64,000 bases of DNA. Origin: an uncultured Pelagibacteraceae bacterium. Lineage in GTDB: Bacteria; Pseudomonadota; Alphaproteobacteria; Pelagibacterales; Pelagibacteraceae. The notes under the pieces were generated by a model. It searched no databases and had not been told where the DNA came from. It worked only from the letters and a program-made list of their open reading frames with translations. A program made the translations under genes and the position numbers. Positions 34,522-45,084 of this stretch are shown here, one piece after another (position 1 is the first letter of the stretch; each line of letters starts with the position of its first letter). The stretch is taken from positions 20,773-84,772 of the forward strand of contig CABZLS010000003.1 in NCBI GenBank assembly GCA_902526645.1, given 5' to 3'.

Positions 34522-36618
34522 ATGCCAAAAAAAAAGAAAAAAGTAAAACCTAAAAAAAGATCTTCAAAAAAAAGAAAAAAGAAAATTCAAAAAAAGACTT
34601 TCAAAAAAATCAAAATTTTAAAAAGAAAATCTAAACCAAAAAAAAAATCTTTAAAAGAAACAAAAAAAACTGACAATACATCTTCAGAATTAATTTTTAA
34701 AACTAAACCAGAATGGATTAAAAGTGGCCTTACGAATAAAGCCCAATATCAAAAAAAATATTCTGACTCAATAAAGAATAACAATGCTTTTTGGAAAAAA
34801 GAAGGAAAAAGAATTACTTGGATGAAACCTTATAAAAAGATCAAAGATGTAAAATATAGTAATAAAGAGGTTAGAATAAAATGGTTTGAAGATGGAACAT
34901 TGAATGCTTCTGCAAATTGTATTGATCGACATTTAAAAGATAAAAGAGATAAAACTGCAATTATATGGGTCGGAGATGACCCAAAAGACACCCAAAAAAT
35001 TTCTTATAAACAATTATATCAAAAAGTTTCTAGAGCAGCTAATGGTCTTAAAAAACTAGGGATAAAAAAAGGTGATCGAGTAACAATTTACTTAACTATG
35101 ATACCGGAGTTAGCAATTTTGATGTTAGCTTGTGCGAGAATTGGAGCAATACATTCAATTATTTTTGGAGGATTTTCTGCAGAGTCTATATCAGGAAGGG
35201 TAAATGATTGTGAGTCTGAATATATAATCACTGCTGATGAAGGTGTCAGAGGTGGAAAAACTATTCCACTTAAAGCAACCACAGATGAGGCACTAGTTAA
35301 TTGTCCAAACGTAAAAAAATGTATAGTTGTTAAAAGAACGGGTAATTATATTTATTGGAATAGTGAAAGAGATGTTTGGTATGATGATTTAATTAAAGAT
35401 GTATCTAGTATTTGTGAACCAGAGGAAATGAGTGCAGAAGATCCTTTGTTCATACTATATACCTCAGGATCAACTGGTAAACCAAAAGGTGTTTTGCACA
35501 CAACTGGTGGATATATGGTTTATGCTTCTATGACCCACCAATATATTTTTAATTACAAACCGAAAGACATTTATTGGTGTACAGCAGATATTGGATGGGT
35601 AACAGGTCATAGTTATATAATTTATGGGCCACTAGCTAATGGAGCAACAACTATCATGTTTGAGGGAGTTCCAAATTATCCGGATAGTTCAAGATGGTGG
35701 CAAATAGTAGATAAGTATAAGGTAAATACTTTTTATACTGCTCCAACAGCTATAAGGGCTTTAATGAGAGAAGGGGAAGATCCAGTTAAAAAAACTTCAA
35801 GAAAATCTCTGAAGTTGTTAGGAACTGTAGGGGAACCAATAAATCCTGAGGCGTGGATGTGGTATTTTAAGACTATAGGAAATTCAAAGTGTCCAATTGT
35901 AGATACATGGTGGCAAACTGAAACTGGCGGTATATTAATCGCCCCCCAAACCGGAGCAATCCCTTTAAAGCCAGGTTCTGCTACTAAGCCTTTTTATGGA
36001 ATCAAACCAGCAATAGTTGATAAAGATGGAAGAGAAATTAAAGGACCAGGAGAAGGAAGATTATGCATTACTCAATCTTGGCCAGGACAAATGAGAACTG
36101 TTTATGGAGATCATCAAAGGTTTATAGATACTTACTTTTCCCAATTTGATGGAAAATATTTTACTGGAGACGGCTGTAGAAGGGATAAAGATGGATACTA
36201 TTGGATTACAGGAAGAGTAGATGATGTAATAATTGTTTCTGGACATAACCTTGGAACAGCTGAAATTGAAAGTGCATTTGTTGCCCATCCTAAGGTAGCA
36301 GAGGCAGCAGTAGTTGGATATCCCCATGATATCAAAGGTAATGGATTGTATTGTTATGTAACTTTAAACGCTGGAGAACAAGAGACTGGAGATCTAGAAA
36401 GAGAGTTAAAACTCTGGGTCAGAAAACAAATTGGTCCTTTAGCTACTCCGGATTTAATACATTTTACACCTGGTCTACCAAAAACTCGTTCAGGAAAAAT
36501 TATGAGGAGAATTTTAAGAAAAATTGCAGCTAATGAACATAGTCAACTGGGTGACACGACAACTCTTGCTGATCCAAGTGTTGTTGAGAGTTTAGTTGAT
36601 AATAGAAAAAATAATTAA
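34522..36618 (+). CDS. acs: Acetyl-CoA synthetase with Lys-rich N-terminal extension
   Basis: [46 protein letters not shown] motifs. Confidence 0.97.
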   Translation: MPKKKKKVKPKKRSSKKRKKKIQKKTFKKIKILKRKSKPKKKSLKETKKTDNTSSELIFKTKPEWIKSGLTNKAQYQKKYSDSIKNNNAFWKKEGKRITWMKPYKKIKDVKYSNKEVRIKWFEDGTLNASANCIDRHLKDKRDKTAIIWVGDDPKDTQKISYKQLYQKVSRAANGLKKLGIKKGDRVTIYLTMIPELAILMLACARIGAIHSIIFGGFSAESISGRVNDCESEYIITADEGVRGGKTIPLKATTDEALVNCPNVKKCIVVKRTGNYIYWNSERDVWYDDLIKDVSSICEPEEMSAEDPLFILYTSGSTGKPKGVLHTTGGYMVYASMTHQYIFNYKPKDIYWCTADIGWVTGHSYIIYGPLANGATTIMFEGVPNYPDSSRWWQIVDKYKVNTFYTAPTAIRALMREGEDPVKKTSRKSLKLLGTVGEPINPEAWMWYFKTIGNSKCPIVDTWWQTETGGILIAPQTGAIPLKPGSATKPFYGIKPAIVDKDGREIKGPGEGRLCITQSWPGQMRTVYGDHQRFIDTYFSQFDGKYFTGDGCRRDKDGYYWITGRVDDVIIVSGHNLGTAEIESAFVAHPKVAEAAVVGYPHDIKGNGLYCYVTLNAGEQETGDLERELKLWVRKQIGPLATPDLIHFTPGLPKTRSGKIMRRILRKIAANEHSQLGDTTTLADPSVVESLVDNRKNN

Positions 36619-37238
36619 AAATTAATTCTTTCTTTAAATTCTTTTTTAACAATATCCCACTTTAATATAACCGAGTTAAGAACTATTTTACGATCAAGGT
36701 TTTTTAAATCATCAGCTATTGGGGCCCACTTATATAAAGATAAAGCGCTAGGATTAAATGGTAATTCACTATGATATGTATCCCAATTAATATTTTGTAG
36801 TCTTTCAGAGAAACTTTTTTTGGCTTCTTGGATAATGTCCAAAGGCATTTTGTTAGAAATTTCATCATCTAAAATTTTAAGGAAGATCTCTTTTGCAGAG
36901 TCAATTTTTTCAAAATTTAAATTTGATTTTAAGTACGAAAATGCAAAAAAAGTTAGATCTTGTAAAGCTACTACATAAATATTCCATTTAGCTAAGTTTA
37001 CTGATGACATAAATTCATCATTTTCAAAGTGAAGCACATATCTTGTTCCCATTCTAGTTTTCAAATATCCATATAAGGTAACTTGTGTTACCCAGGCTGA
37101 CTTTGATTGAATAAATTCTTCAAGCTCATCTAAGTTTCTAATTTTTTTCTTAGGTATAAATGCTTTGAATAAAGCAAATAAATATATTTTAAAGTCACTC
37201 CATGACAGGTCTTTCCAAGATAATTTATATTTTGCCAT
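36615..37238 (-). CDS. Conserved hypothetical protein
   Basis: 207-aa ORF with normal composition; no catalytic motif recognised. Confidence 0.7.
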   Translation of the reverse strand: MAKYKLSWKDLSWSDFKIYLFALFKAFIPKKKIRNLDELEEFIQSKSAWVTQVTLYGYLKTRMGTRYVLHFENDEFMSSVNLAKWNIYVVALQDLTFFAFSYLKSNLNFEKIDSAKEIFLKILDDEISNKMPLDIIQEAKKSFSERLQNINWDTYHSELPFNPSALSLYKWAPIADDLKNLDRKIVLNSVILKWDIVKKEFKERINF

Positions 37239-37364
37239 AAAATAAGGTATTTTGACTATTTATACCCCAAAAAGTCGCTTAATTTGAACAATTTTAACAC
37301 TTTAAATCTCTTTCATAATGGTTATGGTTTTTGCCAGTTATAACTAAAAAGAGAGAGGTATATA

Positions 37365-37625
37365 ATGTCAAAACAAGCACAACACTGGGAAAAAACCAGG
37401 GGATTGTTGATGGTAACATTAGCAATTTGGTTTGTATTCTCAATTGGCATCTTCCTTTTTGGAGCAGAAATGAACGAAGTTACGGGACCATTTGGTTACC
37501 CGCTGACTTATTGGTTTACTTGTCAAGGTTCTCTTGGAATATTTGTTATCCTAATTTTCTGGTTTGCAAATAGACAAGAAAAAATTGATGAAGAGTTCGG
37601 CTTCAGTGAAAGAGGGGACGACTAA
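37365..37625 (+). CDS. DUF4212-type small partner of a sodium:solute symporter
   Basis: GYPLTYWFTCQGS..IF..LIFWFA motif; SD gagagg; stop overlaps the symporter start. Confidence 0.85.
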   Translation: MSKQAQHWEKTRGLLMVTLAIWFVFSIGIFLFGAEMNEVTGPFGYPLTYWFTCQGSLGIFVILIFWFANRQEKIDEEFGFSERGDD

Positions 37626-39439
37626 TGATAAAAGGTAATTTTATAGACAATTTGCCTAAAGTTTATGGAATCTATACAGGTGGATTTTTAGCTTTCATAA
37701 TTATTATGGCAATTGCTGAGCAGATGGGTATGTCAGCTAAAGCTATCGGAATTTGTTTCGTAGCCTTTACAGTAGCCATCTACGCGATAATTGGTTATCT
37801 ATCACGTACAGCTCAAGCAGATGCGTATTACGTAGCTGGAAGACAGGTACCTACCGTGTTCAACGGAATGGCGACAGCGGCAGACTGGATGTCTGGTGCA
37901 TCGTTCGTTGCCATGGCGGGTGGTATCTACTTCAAAGGTTACGGCTATATGGCACTACTTGTTGGTTGGACTGGTGGATACGTGTTAGTTGCATCACTAT
38001 TAGCACCTTACTTAAGAAAATTTGGCTGTTATACAGTTCCAGATTTTATTGGTACAAGATACGGTGGTAATTTAGCAAGGTTACTTGCAGTAATAGTATT
38101 AACTGTTGCTTCATTTACTTATGTGACTGCACAAATTAACGCTACAGGTACTATTGCATCTGTTGCTCTTGATATTCCATTCCAATACGCAGTTTATGTT
38201 GGACTAGTAAGTATCTTATTATGTTCAATGTTAGGTGGTATGAGAGGAGTAACTTGGACACAAGTAGCGCAGTACATTGTACTAATTATAGCTTACTTAC
38301 TTCCAGTATTCTGGATCAGTAACAAAATTGGTGCGGGATTCTTCCCACACTTTATGTTAGCTGATGAAGTTTCTAGGATTGCTGAATTAGAAGCTCAGTT
38401 TGGTTTTGTAAAAAACTCTGCTGAAAATCTAAAAGAAGTACCAAAAGGCTTAGCAGGAATAACTAAAGCTCACTCAGCGGTTAACGCTACACCATGGGCA
38501 TTTATTTCATTAGCATTAGCGATGATGATGGGAACAGCTTCATTACCGCACGTGATGATGAGATATTTCACTACTCCAAGTGTAAAAGCAGCTAGAAAAT
38601 CTGTAGGTTGGTCATTATTCTTTATCTTCCTACTTTATTCTTCTGCTCCAATGTTAGCTACGCTATCTAAATTGGCATTGATTGATCCAACATTACCAAC
38701 TGGTATTATTGGAAAATCAGTTTCACAAGTTCAAGCAATAGACTGGTACCAAAACTGGAACCAAGCAAATCTAATGTTTATCAGCGACTTTAACGGAAAT
38801 GGAACAGTTGAATTAAACGAGTTCTTCATGGGTGGTAAAGCCGTTGTGTTAGCAACTCCAGAAATAGCTGGATTACCTTATGTAATCTCAGGTCTAGTTG
38901 CTGCTGGTGGTATGGCTGCTGCCATGTCTACAGCTGATGGTTTGATTCTAGCGATTGCAAATGCTTTATCTCATGACTTGTACTACAAGATCATTGATCC
39001 AAAAGCAGAAACTGCAAAACGACTAGTTGTTGCAAGGGTATTACTTGTAGTAATTGGTTTTGCTGGAGCAACTATTGCAGCAATGGAGATCCAAGGTATC
39101 TTAGGTTCGGTAATCTGGGCTTTTGACTTTGCGATGTCTGGATTGTTCTTCCCACTTGTACTTGGTGTATGGTGGAAGAGAGCTAATAGAGAAGGTGCTA
39201 TAGCTGGTATGGCTTTAGGATTAATTTCTGGTGCTGGTTACCTAATTTGGGTAAGAAACGGCGGAAGTGGATTCCTAGGTATTACACAGTTAACGTTTGG
39301 TATCTTTGGTTCAGCTGTCAGCTTAGTATCTATGGTAGTAGTAAGTTTAATTACTGCAGAGCCTAATGCTGCAACACAAAAAATGGTTGACGAGGTTCGT
39401 GTACCATCTGGTAAATCGATCCTTGGTAAACAACATTAA
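37625..39439 (+). CDS. Sodium:solute symporter, ActP-like (VC_2705 subfamily; probable acetate/monocarboxylate uptake)
   Basis: NGMATAADWMSGASF, GTASLPHVMMRYFT, AAAMSTADG motifs; near acs. Confidence 0.9.
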   Translation: MIKGNFIDNLPKVYGIYTGGFLAFIIIMAIAEQMGMSAKAIGICFVAFTVAIYAIIGYLSRTAQADAYYVAGRQVPTVFNGMATAADWMSGASFVAMAGGIYFKGYGYMALLVGWTGGYVLVASLLAPYLRKFGCYTVPDFIGTRYGGNLARLLAVIVLTVASFTYVTAQINATGTIASVALDIPFQYAVYVGLVSILLCSMLGGMRGVTWTQVAQYIVLIIAYLLPVFWISNKIGAGFFPHFMLADEVSRIAELEAQFGFVKNSAENLKEVPKGLAGITKAHSAVNATPWAFISLALAMMMGTASLPHVMMRYFTTPSVKAARKSVGWSLFFIFLLYSSAPMLATLSKLALIDPTLPTGIIGKSVSQVQAIDWYQNWNQANLMFISDFNGNGTVELNEFFMGGKAVVLATPEIAGLPYVISGLVAAGGMAAAMSTADGLILAIANALSHDLYYKIIDPKAETAKRLVVARVLLVVIGFAGATIAAMEIQGILGSVIWAFDFAMSGLFFPLVLGVWWKRANREGAIAGMALGLISGAGYLIWVRNGGSGFLGITQLTFGIFGSAVSLVSMVVVSLITAEPNAATQKMVDEVRVPSGKSILGKQH

Positions 39440-39450
39440 ATAATCTTATT

Positions 39451-39477
39451 AAAGGGGCGATTAATTTCGCCCCTTTT
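39451..39477 (+). terminator. Intrinsic terminator after the symporter
   Basis: aaaggggcga-ttaatt-tcgcccctttt hairpin with U-tract. Confidence 0.85.
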
Positions 39478-39508
39478 AATTTCAAAATTTATCCAATATA
39501 AATCTATA

Positions 39509-39865
39509 ATGTCAGCTAATTTTCATCCTTTAGTTTACATAATTGATTATATTCTTGGGGTAATTATGTGGACCCTAATAGGAAGAGTGGCAATGAATAT
39601 TTTTCAGAGAGAAGACTCACAATTCTTCTTTATGAGAGTTTTTGTAAAATTTACAAATCCTCTAATTACTTTATTTAAACCATTAACTCCTACTTTTATA
39701 ATTGGACCTTTAGTCCCTTTATATGTTGCATGGTTTTTTTTTATGATAAGATTTTACTTAATGCCATGGATTTTAGGCTATTCAGTGATGGGGATGTTAT
39801 CATTTCCTTTAGAAAGCGAAATTTCGAGGCAAATTTATCAATTTTTTAATTCAATTAAATTCTAA
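39509..39865 (+). CDS. Hypothetical YggT-like membrane protein
   Basis: DYILGVIMWTLIGR, FVKFTNP hydrophobic pattern. Confidence 0.65.
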   Translation: MSANFHPLVYIIDYILGVIMWTLIGRVAMNIFQREDSQFFFMRVFVKFTNPLITLFKPLTPTFIIGPLVPLYVAWFFFMIRFYLMPWILGYSVMGMLSFPLESEISRQIYQFFNSIKF

Positions 39866-39892
39866 AATTGATACTAGTAAAAATAAGTAATA

Positions 39893-40552
39893 ATGAAAAA
39901 AATACAAATTTCACCATCAATTTTATCAGCTGATTTTAGTCAATTAGGTAATGAAATAAAGAAGTTAGAGGATTCAGGGGCAGACATGATTCATGTTGAT
40001 GTGATGGATGGACATTTTGTTCCCAATTTAACTATTGGGCCACCTGTCATAAAGGCTCTAAAAAAACAATCATCAATGATTTTTGATGTACATTTAATGA
40101 TTTCACCTGTTCATAAATATATTCAAGCTTTTTCAGATGCGGGCGCAGATATAATTACAATTCATCCGGAAGCTACTGAAAATTTAGAGTCATCAATTAT
40201 CAAAATTAAAAGTTTAAATAAAAAGGCTGGTGTATCTTTAAATCCTGAGACTAATGTTGATGTTATTACTGATTATCTGGAAAAAATAGATTTAGTTTTG
40301 ATAATGAGTGTGAATCCTGGTTTTGGTGGACAGAAATTTATGCCAAAAGTTCTTGATAAGATAAAAAAACTAAAAAAAATTCAGGAAAAAGAAAATTATG
40401 ATTTTGATATTGAGATAGATGGAGGTATTAACTTTGAAAATTCAAAGCAAGCAATACAAGCAGGTGCAAACATTTTAGTCTCAGGAACTACAATTTTTAA
40501 AAGTAATAATGGAGATATAAAAAAAAATATTGAATTATTGAGATCAAAATAA
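39893..40552 (+). CDS. rpe: Ribulose-phosphate 3-epimerase
   Basis: SPSILSADF, HVDVMDGHFVPN, DVHLM, MSVNPGFGGQ, DGG motifs. Confidence 0.97.
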   Translation: MKKIQISPSILSADFSQLGNEIKKLEDSGADMIHVDVMDGHFVPNLTIGPPVIKALKKQSSMIFDVHLMISPVHKYIQAFSDAGADIITIHPEATENLESSIIKIKSLNKKAGVSLNPETNVDVITDYLEKIDLVLIMSVNPGFGGQKFMPKVLDKIKKLKKIQEKENYDFDIEIDGGINFENSKQAIQAGANILVSGTTIFKSNNGDIKKNIELLRSK

Positions 40553-40556
40553 TTTC

Positions 40557-42164
40557 ATGATTTATATAAATCAATTATTTTTTAAAATTTTTAATCAAAT
40601 AAGAAAAATATACCTAAACTCAAGTCATTACGATAAAAAAATTTCAAAAATTAATACTAGTATTTTTAATTATAAACCTAGTCCACATTTACTCTCATCT
40701 TTAATTAAATATCAAAAAAAAAAATTTAAAATAGAACATTTTTCTTTAGATAATGTTTGGAACAATAAAGATATTAATCAAAAAGATTTTAAAAACTTAA
40801 ACAATTTTTTTTGGTTTTTTAGTTTGGATTTAAAATCCTCAAAAAAAAAAATACAATCAGTTATTAATAGTTGGATTAATTATAACTACAAATACAATAA
40901 TAAGAGTTGGGAATTTGACCTAACATCCAAAAGAATTATAGCATGGCTTTCTTGTCATAATCTTACTTATGATGAAAGCTGTGAGCAATATAAAAATAAT
41001 TTTAATATGATTATTCAGAAACAAGCTAATCACCTAATAAATGAAATTAATAGATCAAAAATAATTGATGATAAATTAATTGGTTGTGCATCAATCATAT
41101 TAGTAGGACTATGTTATCAAAATAATAAAAGATACTTGTCTTACGGATTAGATTTAATCAAAAAAATATCAAAAATAACATTGGATAATAATGGTTTCCC
41201 AAAATCAAGAAGTATCAAACAATTAATTTTTTATTTAAAATATTTCATTTTAATTAGAGAGTGGTTTAAAGAATCTCAAATCAATGTCCCTGATCATATT
41301 GATGAGACAATTTATTATCTTGGACAAGGTTATGCTTTTGTTTGGCAAAATATTAATTCTGACATGTTATTTAACGGAAATAATGTTTCAGATAACCATA
41401 ATTTTGATAATTATTTAAAAAGATTAGGTTATAAATTCAAAAATGAATATCAAGATTTTGGTGGATACATTATTTTTAAAAATAAAAAGATATGTTTAAC
41501 GATGGATGCTGGACCTTCTCCCTTAGTAGAGTTTTCTAATGATTATCAATCTGGAGCTCTGTCTTTTGAAATTATATCTGATGGAAAAAAAATATTAAGC
41601 AATTGTGGATATTATAAAAGAAATAACAACAAACTAAAAATGTTATCAAAATCAACAGCAACTCAAAATACTTTAATAATTGATGATAATTCTTCCTGTA
41701 AATTCAAAGAAGTTAACGATTCATTGTTAGTTCAAAAAGGTTTGAAAATTATTAAAAAAGAGATGAAGTATGAAAAAAATTTTTGGAAAATAAATGTTTC
41801 ACATGATGGGTATCAAAAAAAATATAATTTAATTCATGAAAGAGAAATAGAGTTTTATCCAGAACAAAATACTTTTTTTGGAGTAGATAAAATTATAAAG
41901 AAAAAAAATAATAGTTATAAATTTGATATAAGATTTCATGTTGAACCCAATATTAAACTTATGAAAACTCAGGATAATAAAGCAATATTTATTGAATTAG
42001 AAAATCAAGGATGGAAATTTACTTGCAATAACTATGATATAAACATTGATAATGGTTTATATTTCGGTAATAAAAATTCCCATAAAAATAATCAGAATAT
42101 TTTCATTTCAGGTATTTCAAATAATCAAATTGAAAATATAAAATGGGAAATAAAAAAAATATAA
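40557..42164 (+). CDS. Heparinase II/III-like protein
   Basis: DAGP, GALSFE, NCGY, VSHDGY, HEREI, IRFH motifs; conserved position upstream of purH. Confidence 0.8.
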   Translation: MIYINQLFFKIFNQIRKIYLNSSHYDKKISKINTSIFNYKPSPHLLSSLIKYQKKKFKIEHFSLDNVWNNKDINQKDFKNLNNFFWFFSLDLKSSKKKIQSVINSWINYNYKYNNKSWEFDLTSKRIIAWLSCHNLTYDESCEQYKNNFNMIIQKQANHLINEINRSKIIDDKLIGCASIILVGLCYQNNKRYLSYGLDLIKKISKITLDNNGFPKSRSIKQLIFYLKYFILIREWFKESQINVPDHIDETIYYLGQGYAFVWQNINSDMLFNGNNVSDNHNFDNYLKRLGYKFKNEYQDFGGYIIFKNKKICLTMDAGPSPLVEFSNDYQSGALSFEIISDGKKILSNCGYYKRNNNKLKMLSKSTATQNTLIIDDNSSCKFKEVNDSLLVQKGLKIIKKEMKYEKNFWKINVSHDGYQKKYNLIHEREIEFYPEQNTFFGVDKIIKKKNNSYKFDIRFHVEPNIKLMKTQDNKAIFIELENQGWKFTCNNYDINIDNGLYFGNKNSHKNNQNIFISGISNNQIENIKWEIKKI

Positions 42165-43699
42165 TGAAAAAAATTAAATCAGCATTAATTTCCGTATCTG
42201 ATAAATCAAATTTAAAACCTTTATTACAAATTTTAAAAAGAAATAAAATTAAATTAATAAGCTCAGGTGGAACTTTCAAAACTATAAAAAAACTAAAATT
42301 TAAATGTACTGAAATTTCTGAATTTACAGGTTTTAATGAAATTCTTGATGGCAGAGTAAAGACTTTACATCCAAAAATTCATGCTGGTATTCTTTATAAA
42401 AGAAATAATAAGTCTCATATCAAACAATTAAAACTAAATGATTTTCAAAACATTGATTTAGTAATTGTAAATTTTTATCCATTTGAAAAAGTTTTAAAAA
42501 AAACAAAAAATTATAATAAAATATTAGAAAATATAGATATAGGTGGACCATCTCTTGTAAGAAGCGCAGCAAAAAATCATAAAGATGTTACTGTGGTTAC
42601 GTCAATAGATCAGTATCAAGAACTGATTAATGAAATTAAAATTAATAATGGAGCAACTTCATTGAAATTTAGACAAAAAATGTCAAGATTAGCTTTCAAC
42701 GAAACAGCATATTATGATTCTGTTATTTCAAATTATTTTAACCAATTAACTAAAACTTATTTTCCAAAAAAAAAAATAATTCATACAAACCTAATCGAAA
42801 AACTAAGATATGGAGAGAATCCTCATCAAGAAGGTGCAATCTATTCATCAAAAAACTATTTGGAATTAGAAAAAATTCATGGAAAACAACTAAGCTATAA
42901 TAATTATAATGATATTTTTTCTGCTTTAACAATTTCTAAAAATCTTCCAAAAAATGTTGGAACTGTAATATTAAAACATGCAAATCCTTGTGGTGTTTCT
43001 ATTTTAAAAAATAAAGTAAATAGCTACAAATCTGCTCTTGCTTGTGATCCAATAAGTGCATTTGGTGGAGTTGTTTCATGTAATTTCAAAATAGATAAAA
43101 CTTTAGCTATTGAGCTTAATAAAATGTTTTTTGAAGTGATTATTGCTAATGGATTTAATTCTGATGCACTTAAATTATTAAAATCAAAAAAAAATATAAG
43201 GATAATTGATGCATCTAATTTTTATTTTAATGAAGTTCTAAAAACCAATTCACTGGATGATTCTTACTTAATACAAATCGATGATAAAAAAAATTTTGAA
43301 AAAAGAGATTTTACGGTTGTTTCAAAAAAAAAACCAACTAAATCTCAATTTGATGATTTAATATTTGCATTTAATATTTGTCGTTATGTAAAATCAAATG
43401 CAATTGTAATTGCTGCTAATAAAAGTACAATTGGTATCGGGTCAGGACAGCCAAGTAGAGTTGATAGTTGTCAAATCGCAATAAATAAGATGATAAAGTT
43501 TAAAAATAATTCAGGTGAAATCGTTGCTGCATCAGATGCCTTCTTCCCTTTTGTTGATGGAATTGAAAATCTAGTGCACTCAGGCGTTACTTCAGTAATT
43601 CAACCAGCTGGATCAATTAGAGACAAAGAAATTATTAACTTTGCCAATGCAACAGATACGGTTTTGGTATTTTCTAAAACGAGACATTTTAAACATTAA
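42164..43699 (+). CDS. purH: Bifunctional AICAR transformylase/IMP cyclohydrolase
   Basis: ALISVSDK, GRVKTLHPKIH, NIDIGGPS, LRYGENPHQ, KHANPCG, ASDAFFPF motifs; start at TAATG overlap. Confidence 0.97.
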   Translation: MKKIKSALISVSDKSNLKPLLQILKRNKIKLISSGGTFKTIKKLKFKCTEISEFTGFNEILDGRVKTLHPKIHAGILYKRNNKSHIKQLKLNDFQNIDLVIVNFYPFEKVLKKTKNYNKILENIDIGGPSLVRSAAKNHKDVTVVTSIDQYQELINEIKINNGATSLKFRQKMSRLAFNETAYYDSVISNYFNQLTKTYFPKKKIIHTNLIEKLRYGENPHQEGAIYSSKNYLELEKIHGKQLSYNNYNDIFSALTISKNLPKNVGTVILKHANPCGVSILKNKVNSYKSALACDPISAFGGVVSCNFKIDKTLAIELNKMFFEVIIANGFNSDALKLLKSKKNIRIIDASNFYFNEVLKTNSLDDSYLIQIDDKKNFEKRDFTVVSKKKPTKSQFDDLIFAFNICRYVKSNAIVIAANKSTIGIGSGQPSRVDSCQIAINKMIKFKNNSGEIVAASDAFFPFVDGIENLVHSGVTSVIQPAGSIRDKEIINFANATDTVLVFSKTRHFKH

Positions 43700-44031
43700 A
43701 TTTTGTCTATTTTAGCTGCTAATATAAAATCATTTTCGGAAAGACCTTTTATAGCATGAGTTGTTATATTAATTTTTGCATAACCCCAACCAAACGATAT
43801 TTCTGGATGGTGTCCTTCCTCTTCTGATATTTGACCTACTTTATTAACAAATTTTTGACTTTCTAAAAAATTCTTAAAAGTAAATTTTTTTTCCAAAAAA
43901 AATATATTTTCATTATTTTTAATGATATCCCAACCATCTACTTTTTTTTGATATTTATGAATTTCTGAGATATCAAATGGAATTACTCCACCTTCACATG
44001 GTACACATTTTTTTTTAATTAAGTCTGACAT
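43696..44031 (-). CDS. phhB: Pterin-4-alpha-carbinolamine dehydratase
   Basis: CVPCEGG, EEGHHPEI, TTHAIKGLSENDFILAAKID motifs. Confidence 0.9.
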   Translation of the reverse strand: MSDLIKKKCVPCEGGVIPFDISEIHKYQKKVDGWDIIKNNENIFFLEKKFTFKNFLESQKFVNKVGQISEEEGHHPEISFGWGYAKINITTHAIKGLSENDFILAAKIDKI

Positions 44032-44932
44032 TATTAATTATTTTCTCAAAATTTGATTTTTTTTTTACTAAAAAATTGTTACCTATTCCATACATATTTT
44101 TAGGTAAGTCATTCATTTCTTTAATTAACAAGCTTAAATTAGTTCTTTGATAATTGATATCATATATTTCGTAGTCAAATTCTTTCAAAAATTTTTCTAA
44201 ATATGAATAATTGAACTTTTTATTTTGATCAATAAACTTTGAAAATTCAATAATTATTAATGGTGAATATTTTTTTATTAATTCTAAACCCCCTTCAATA
44301 ACACTCATCTCATGACCCTCAACATCAAGTTTAATAACTACAGCATAATTTGCCAAATTTTCATTTTCTGATGCTTTATCCAATGTAGTTGAATAAATTG
44401 TTAATTCAGATTTTTTATTAAAATTAGAATGATCTAAAGAACTCTCCCAGTTTTTTTCACTCTCATAAAAACTTAACTTACTCTTATCTTTATTTGAAAT
44501 TGCTAAATTCATAGCTTGAATAGAATTGAATTTATTCAGTTTTATATTTTCTTCAAATTCATTAAATGTAATTGGTGAAGCCTCAAACGCTATGATCTTG
44601 TTTTCTTTTTTTTTTGAAGCTACATACAAAGAATAAAAACCAAAATTTGATCCACAATCAAATAAAAAAATATCTTTACATTCACATATTTTTTCCAAAA
44701 ATTTTAATTCTTTGTGATCATCAAAATCACATTTTCTTAAAATAGAAAAGGACATAGTATTTTTTTTATAATTCGCTAAAATTTCAAAATTGTAAATTTT
44801 TACTCTTATTTTATTATTTAAATTTGACCTAATAATTCTAAAAAAAATATAATAGAAAATATTTTTTTTAAACTTTCTAATATCTTTAGAAAAAATGTAT
44901 TTTTGAAATAATTTTGTTAAAAGATTGCTCAT
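44015..44932 (-). CDS. FkbM family methyltransferase
   Basis: FDCGSNFGFYS, IAFEASP, IKLDVEGHE, PLIIIE motifs. Confidence 0.88.
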   Translation of the reverse strand: MSNLLTKLFQKYIFSKDIRKFKKNIFYYIFFRIIRSNLNNKIRVKIYNFEILANYKKNTMSFSILRKCDFDDHKELKFLEKICECKDIFLFDCGSNFGFYSLYVASKKKENKIIAFEASPITFNEFEENIKLNKFNSIQAMNLAISNKDKSKLSFYESEKNWESSLDHSNFNKKSELTIYSTTLDKASENENLANYAVVIKLDVEGHEMSVIEGGLELIKKYSPLIIIEFSKFIDQNKKFNYSYLEKFLKEFDYEIYDINYQRTNLSLLIKEMNDLPKNMYGIGNNFLVKKKSNFEKIINNVRLN

Positions 44933-44936
44933 AAAA

Positions 44937-45011
44937 TGGAGCGGGCAAAGGGGGTCGAACCCTCGACCTTCTCGTTGGCAACGAGACGCTCTACCACTGA
45001 GCTATGCCCGC
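44937..45011 (-). tRNA. tRNA-Gly (GCC)
   Basis: Full cloverleaf GCGGGCA...TCTCG-TTGCCAA-CGAGA...GGTTCGAC...TGCCCGCTCCA with encoded CCA. Confidence 0.97.
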
Positions 45012-45022
45012 ATATGTGAGAC

Positions 45023-45051
45023 ATTATAGTTAGCGGTTTTTTTTAATTCAA
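45023..45051 (-). promoter_or_regulatory. sigma70 promoter of tRNA-Gly
   Basis: Minus strand TTGAAT-N17-TATAAT ending 11 nt before the tRNA. Confidence 0.8.
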
Positions 45052-45084
45052 GCAATATTAAATATGATATATTTAAAAAATATT

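Noticed and set aside
44937-45011. Prophage or integrative element at tRNA-Gly
   Set aside because: No integrase, and I found no duplicated tRNA 3' end (att) elsewhere in the window.
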